A stretch of DNA of 64,000 nt from Bdellovibrio sp. Its GTDB lineage: Bacteria > Bdellovibrionota > Bdellovibrionia > Bdellovibrionales > Bdellovibrionaceae. Of the stretch, positions 59,085 to 64,000 are shown piece by piece. How positions within the stretch are numbered: the first letter of the stretch is position 1; each line of letters opens with the position of its first letter. The notes under the pieces were generated by a model that was not told the origin of the DNA, did not search any database, and was given only the letters and a program-made list of their open reading frames with translations. The stretch lies in the NCBI GenBank assembly GCA_036677065.1, contig JAKFBS010000002.1:288001-352000 (forward strand), read 5' to 3'. The position numbers and the translations under genes were made by a program.

Positions 59085-60083
59085 CTAGAAGGTCTCGTCA
59101 AACGCTACTTGTCCAGTCACGCCATGCTGGTAAGCAGATACACGACGTTCAAAGAAGTTCGCAAGCTCTTGCATGTCTTGTAATTCCATGAAAGAGAACG
59201 GATTTTTAGTGTTGTAACGTTTAGGAATACTTAACATCTCTAAACGTTGATCTGCGATGTATTCTAAGTACTGGCGCATATCAGTTACAGAAAGACCTGC
59301 AATGCCGTGAGTTAAAAGATCTTCAGCAAAAGTCATTTCGCAATCAATTGCATCTTCTAACATCTGAACAACCATCTCTTGCATTTGTTCATTGAATAAA
59401 GCCGGCTCTTCTTTTCTAACTGTATTGATGACTTCCATCGCAAAAGCCATATGCATGCTTTCGTCACGGAAAACCCAGTTAGTTCCAGAAGCTAAACCTG
59501 CTAATAAGCCTTTAGAGCGCAAGAAATAAACGTAAGCAAACGCTGCAAAGAAGAATAAACCTTCGATGCAAGTTGCAAAACAGATTAAGTTCATTACAAA
59601 TTTTCTGCGATCTTCAATTGTTTCTAATTTTTCTAAATCATTGATTGAATCAATCCATTTGTAAGCAAATTCAGCTTTCTTTTTGATCGAAGGAATGTTT
59701 TCAACTGCAGAAAATGCTTTAGCGCGTTCATCCGGATGTGGAATGTAATTATCTAAAAGTGTTAGATAAAACTGAACGTGCAAAGCTTCTTCATAAAGCT
59801 GGCGAGATAAATATAAACGCGCTTCAGGCGAGTTAATATGTTTGTAAAGGTTTAACACTAAGTTGTTACCAACGATAGAATCACCTGTTGCAAAGAAAGC
59901 GACTAATCTGTGGATTAAATGCTTTTCTGAAACTGTCATTTTCGAGTGTAAATCAACTAAGTCAGTTGAAAAATCGACTTCTTCAACTGTCCATGTGTTT
60001 TTAATACCGTTTTTATACATTTCGTAAAAAAGCGGGTATTTCATCGGGCGTAATGTTAAATCAAATCCTGGATTTAAAATCAT
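59085..60083 (-). CDS. nrdB: Ribonucleoside-diphosphate reductase class Ia beta subunit
   Basis: FFATGD, EEALHVQFY, IEGLFF, RDESMH, NFFE; start MILNPG with AAGGA RBS. Confidence 0.95.
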   Translation of the reverse strand: MILNPGFDLTLRPMKYPLFYEMYKNGIKNTWTVEEVDFSTDLVDLHSKMTVSEKHLIHRLVAFFATGDSIVGNNLVLNLYKHINSPEARLYLSRQLYEEALHVQFYLTLLDNYIPHPDERAKAFSAVENIPSIKKKAEFAYKWIDSINDLEKLETIEDRRKFVMNLICFATCIEGLFFFAAFAYVYFLRSKGLLAGLASGTNWVFRDESMHMAFAMEVINTVRKEEPALFNEQMQEMVVQMLEDAIDCEMTFAEDLLTHGIAGLSVTDMRQYLEYIADQRLEMLSIPKRYNTKNPFSFMELQDMQELANFFERRVSAYQHGVTGQVAFDETF

Positions 60084-60096
60084 AAAATAGTCCTTC

Positions 60097-62547
60097 TTAT
60101 TGGCAAGCTTCGCAAGCTTCAGGGTTTTCGATACTGCAAGCAATCACTTCTGAATCTGAGTACTCTTTTTTAGGAGCGGCAACAGCTGCTGCATCCATCG
60201 CTGGAATGTCAGTTTTTACAGAATTGTTACCAGACGACTTAGTTGTTGTCGTTTTTGCGATTGAAGTCGCTGGACGAGAACGTAAGTAATAAGTTGTTTT
60301 GATTCCGCGTTTCCATGCGTACATGTACATTGAAGATAATTTACCGATCGTTGGCGATTCAGAGAATAAGTTCAATGATTGTGATTGATCGATAAACGCG
60401 CCACGATCAGCACCCATATCAATTAATGCTTTCATCGGAACTTCCCAAACAGTGCGGTAAAGTTCTTGAACGTCAGCAGGAATCGTCGTTAAGCCCTGGA
60501 TAGAACCTTCGCTTAATTTGATTTCATTGCGTAAATCTTCATTCCAAAGACCGCGTTCTTTTAAGTCTTGCACTAAGTATTTGTTTACTTGCATGAATTC
60601 ACCAGAAAGTGTTTCACGTTTAAATAAATTAGATACTTGAGGCTCAGTCGCTTCGTAACAACCAACGATTGAAGCGATCGTTGCTGTTGGGGCAATCGCG
60701 ATCATTAATGAATTGCGAAGACCCGTTTTTTTAATCTTAGCTTTGAGAGCGTTCCAACGAGTTTCGTCAGTTGGTTTAACATTCCAAAGATCAAATTGTA
60801 AAATGCCTTGAGCGGCTTTTGTATCAGCAAACGCACCATGAGGTCCGTGGGCTTCAGATAATTCAGCACTTGATGTTAAAGCGTTGAAATAAATTTCTTC
60901 TTGAATGCGTGCAGATAGCTTCATTGCTTCAGCAGAATCGAAAGGTAATTTTAACTGAAAGAAAGCATCTTGAAGACCCATGATACCAAGACCAACCGGG
61001 CGCCATTTATGATTTGAATCTTTTGCTGTATCGATCGGGTAGAAGTTAATATCAACTACGCGGTCTAAGTACTTAACAGCTGCACGCACAGTTTTAGCTA
61101 ATTTATCGAAATCAAATTGGCCATTAACAATGTGACGACCTAAATTCACAGAACCTAAGTTACAAACTGCAGTTTCTTTTGCTGAAGTTACTTCTAAAAT
61201 CTCTGTGCAAAGATTTGATAAGTGAATCACGTTTTCGGGTTTACCAGTTTGATTCGCTTTCATGTTAGAAGCATCTTTGAATGTCATCCAACCATTACCA
61301 GTTTGCGCTAAAGTCTTCATCATACGGGCGTATAAATCGCGCGCTTTAAGTTGTTTAACGTATTGTTTTTTCTCTTCGGCAGCAATGTAGGCTGTTTCGA
61401 ATTCTGGACCATAAATATCTACGAAGTGCGGAACAACACGTGGGTCAAATAAAGACCACATGCCATCAGCTTCTACGCGTTTCATGAATAAATCTGGAAC
61501 CCAGTTAGCCATGTTTAAGTTGTGAGTACGTTTTTGGTCGTCCCCTGTGTTGTCACGTAACTCAAGAAATTCTTCAACGTCAGCATGCCATGTTTCTAAG
61601 TAAACACATGCAGCGCCTTTACGTTTTCCGCCTTGGTTAACTGCAGCTACAGAAGAATCCATAGTTTTTAACCATGGAATAATACCATTAGAGTGGCCGT
61701 TAGTTCCTTTAATTAAAGATCCGCGTGAACGTACGCGAGAGTACGCAACACCGATGCCGCCAGCAAATTTAGATAATAAAGCGATATCACGGTATTTATC
61801 GTAAATAGCGTTAAGATCATCTGCCGGAGAATCTAATAAATAACAAGAGCTCATCTGAGGGCGAAGAGTTCCAGAGTTAAATAAAGTCGGCGTCGAAGGC
61901 ATGTAATCATGCGAAGAAATCAATTTATAGAATTCAATCGCTTCAACTGGGTTCGTTGAAAGACCGCAAGCCACACGCATAAAGAAATACTGAGGAGTTT
62001 CTAAAACTTGGCGTGAAGTCGGGTTTTTTAATAAATAACGATCATATACAGTACGTAATCCGAAATATTCAAAACGATCTGTTTTGTAGTGTTCGATCGC
62101 AGCACAAAGTTCTGTTTTGTGAGCCATTACGAATTTGTGAGTCGTTTCTGATAAAAGACCGTTTGTGAAACCAAATTGCACAGAATCAGCGAAAGAGCCG
62201 ATTTTTTGCGATTTAACTTCTTCATCAATATATGTAGATAATAAACGGGCTGCTAGGCGAGAGTACTCAGGATCTTCACCGATAAGCAAAGAAGCTGTTT
62301 GAATACATAAGTTGTCTAGTTCTTTAGTTGTAGCGCCGTCATATAGACCGCTAATAGCTTTTGTAGCCACACGTAATGGATCGATTTGCTGTAAGCCTTG
62401 AGCGTTACGGCTAACGCGCTCAACGATCTTAGTAACGTCAACCGGCTCTAATGTGCCGTCACGTTTTTTAACTCTCATCATATGAGAGCCAGTGTTTGCA
62501 CTGTGGTTAGTATTCATTCCTGCGTTCATCGTATTATTTGTCGTCAT
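60097..62547 (-). CDS. nrdA: Ribonucleoside-diphosphate reductase class Ia alpha subunit
   Basis: ATP cone VKKRDG, SSCY, SNLCTEI, APTA, TTYYLR, C-terminal CEAC. Confidence 0.96.
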   Translation of the reverse strand: MTTNNTMNAGMNTNHSANTGSHMMRVKKRDGTLEPVDVTKIVERVSRNAQGLQQIDPLRVATKAISGLYDGATTKELDNLCIQTASLLIGEDPEYSRLAARLLSTYIDEEVKSQKIGSFADSVQFGFTNGLLSETTHKFVMAHKTELCAAIEHYKTDRFEYFGLRTVYDRYLLKNPTSRQVLETPQYFFMRVACGLSTNPVEAIEFYKLISSHDYMPSTPTLFNSGTLRPQMSSCYLLDSPADDLNAIYDKYRDIALLSKFAGGIGVAYSRVRSRGSLIKGTNGHSNGIIPWLKTMDSSVAAVNQGGKRKGAACVYLETWHADVEEFLELRDNTGDDQKRTHNLNMANWVPDLFMKRVEADGMWSLFDPRVVPHFVDIYGPEFETAYIAAEEKKQYVKQLKARDLYARMMKTLAQTGNGWMTFKDASNMKANQTGKPENVIHLSNLCTEILEVTSAKETAVCNLGSVNLGRHIVNGQFDFDKLAKTVRAAVKYLDRVVDINFYPIDTAKDSNHKWRPVGLGIMGLQDAFFQLKLPFDSAEAMKLSARIQEEIYFNALTSSAELSEAHGPHGAFADTKAAQGILQFDLWNVKPTDETRWNALKAKIKKTGLRNSLMIAIAPTATIASIVGCYEATEPQVSNLFKRETLSGEFMQVNKYLVQDLKERGLWNEDLRNEIKLSEGSIQGLTTIPADVQELYRTVWEVPMKALIDMGADRGAFIDQSQSLNLFSESPTIGKLSSMYMYAWKRGIKTTYYLRSRPATSIAKTTTTKSSGNNSVKTDIPAMDAAAVAAPKKEYSDSEVIACSIENPEACEACQ

Positions 62548-62731
62548 GACAATTCCCCTCGTTTGTCTTTTAGATCCCCATCCAAAAGACAGTAAACAGC
62601 ACCCTTTGTTTTTCCCCCTCGGAAAAACAACGATTAGATAAGTCTAGTTATAATGTTTCAAGAAAATTTTAGTTGACCGTCCTAGCCAACTTCGCGAACC
62701 CCTTCAAGTATAGCTTCGACATACTGTCGAA

Positions 62732-62747
62732 TCACTACATCTAGTGG
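62732..62747. promoter_or_regulatory. NrdR box
   Basis: TCACTACATCTAGTGG matches the acaCwAtATaTwGtg consensus upstream of nrdA; a weak second box lies 31 bp away (62701-62716). Confidence 0.7.
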
Positions 62748-63023
62748 TGCAATTCCCAGCCCCATCCTATGGGCCGTGTTTGTTCTTAAAATAAGGTTGA
62801 TTGAAATTAATCAAACAATCAAACATTTTTCTTTCTTTTTTTAATTTATTTTTAAAGGTCCTGCTGGAAATCTAGGCATGCGCAATGCGAAAAGTGAATA
62901 AAAACAAAACTTAAGTCGAGGAGTTTTCTCTCTCGAGAAATGGTGTCAATCGCAAAATTTAGGGTTTTTTTAGGGGTCTGTGTAACGATAAAATTTCAGA
63001 TTCTTACATGATCTAAAATTTAG

Positions 63024-64000
63024 CTATATGCGCTCAACTCTTAAACGCATTTCTTCAAATAAAATGTTGTCATTTTCGTTCTGATTATTCAAATGGCAAC
63101 CTTGATAGATTTTTGACTCGCGAAAGCGGTCAATAATGTACTGATGTGTTCCCATTTTGTCCGATGTCCACTTAGGCGCGATCAATTCATCCCAACGAGA
63201 CGCAAACGCCGCTAATCGATGAACCGCGATGCGTGGGTGAAGGTAAGACATAAATAATTTTACGCGCTCAGTGTATTGTTCGCGTTCGATCGGCGTAAAA
63301 CGCCCTTCAGCATGCCACTTAGCAAGCTCGGTGTTTGTTAAAACATGTAGATTATGAAGTTTTACGTTTGTGATCGGCAGATCATTGCAGATTAAAGCCT
63401 GCTGTTTGATTTCTTCTTCAGTCTCATTCGGTGAACCAATAATTAAATGGATTCCTAAATCAACGGCAGTCGTATTTGCGATTTTATCAATAGCTTTTAA
63501 TGAATCGGCTGCCGTATGGCCACGTTGCATGAACTCTAAATGATGATCATAAAAGCTCTGCACGCCTAGTTCTACAGCCACAAATGATTTTTGATAGTAC
63601 TCTTGCCATAGGTTTAACACCGCTGGAGATAAGCAATCCGGACGGGTGCCTACGACAAAGCCTTTAACAAAAGGGTAGGATAAGGCGGTATCAAAATTTT
63701 CACGTAAAGCTGAAACTTTTGTGAAGGTATTTGTGTAAGCCTGGAAATAAACTAAGAATTTTTTAGAATTATACTCTTCGCCGATTTGAACCTGGTATTT
63801 TTCGATTTGTTCGCGCAAACCCATGGTAAAAGATTCTTCGCGCGCCGCTGATCCCCAGACATCGCAAAAGCTGCAGGTTTTCATGCCTTTTAAACCCATG
63901 CGATTAGGGCAGTCATCAACAACCGTCACAGGTATTTTGTAAACCTTCTCTCCGAAGATTCTTTTGTAGTGCTCAGCAATACTGTGATAGGGTAATCCCC
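63024..64000 (-). CDS. TIGR01212/YhcC-family radical SAM protein; start lies beyond the window
   Basis: CPNR...CSFC, YFQAYTNT, GTRPDC, ELGVQS, VKLHNL; frame open to the window end (GLPYHSIAEHYKRIFGEKVYKIPV). Confidence 0.9.
   Translation of the reverse strand, partial: GLPYHSIAEHYKRIFGEKVYKIPVTVVDDCPNRMGLKGMKTCSFCDVWGSAAREESFTMGLREQIEKYQVQIGEEYNSKKFLVYFQAYTNTFTKVSALRENFDTALSYPFVKGFVVGTRPDCLSPAVLNLWQEYYQKSFVAVELGVQSFYDHHLEFMQRGHTAADSLKAIDKIANTTAVDLGIHLIIGSPNETEEEIKQQALICNDLPITNVKLHNLHVLTNTELAKWHAEGRFTPIEREQYTERVKLFMSYLHPRIAVHRLAAFASRWDELIAPKWTSDKMGTHQYIIDRFRESKIYQGCHLNNQNENDNILFEEMRLRVERI

Noticed and set aside
60084..60143. N-terminal extension of nrdB given by the ORF track
   Set aside because: Overlaps the nrdA end; an RBS precedes the ATG at 60083
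1..64000. CRISPR arrays, tRNA/rRNA genes, IS elements, prophage genes
   Set aside because: No regularly spaced repeats, cloverleafs, transposase, integrase or phage structural motifs seen; nearly all space is taken by recognisable CDS

Overview
A gene-dense, AT-rich bacterial chromosomal segment. Gene content and order (tilS-ftsH-cdaA-cdaR-glmM-pdxJ-tsaE; iscS-mnmA-mtaB-rnc-era-der; rny; scpA-scpB; many Cys/Ser/Thr-rich secreted orphans) suggest a Bdellovibrionota-type predator; this is inferred from pattern recognition, not from a database search. Most of the window is housekeeping: tRNA modification, ribosome GTPases, purB, peptidoglycan recycling, mutS, class Ia nrdAB. I saw no rRNA, tRNA, CRISPR array, transposase or integrase. 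The best candidate for an undescribed system is the minus-strand operon at 1-4003. It encodes a DUF4956-type membrane protein, a HlyD-type adaptor fused to a beta-propeller, a secreted helical (possibly TolC-like) protein and a VTC-type polyphosphate polymerase, and is preceded by an 11-bp-period direct repeat. Together these look like a trans-envelope polyphosphate synthesis/export machine. Other notable points: an inverted, partly nucleotide-identical copy of a lipoprotein C-terminal domain 9 kb away; a transporter-less Tsx/SBP/two-component island; an SdpA/SdpB-like (HTTM) pair with a probable ATA start; very acidic ScpA/ScpB extensions; sigma-28-like leaderless promoters; and a structured nrdA leader. 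All family assignments are made by eye from motifs.
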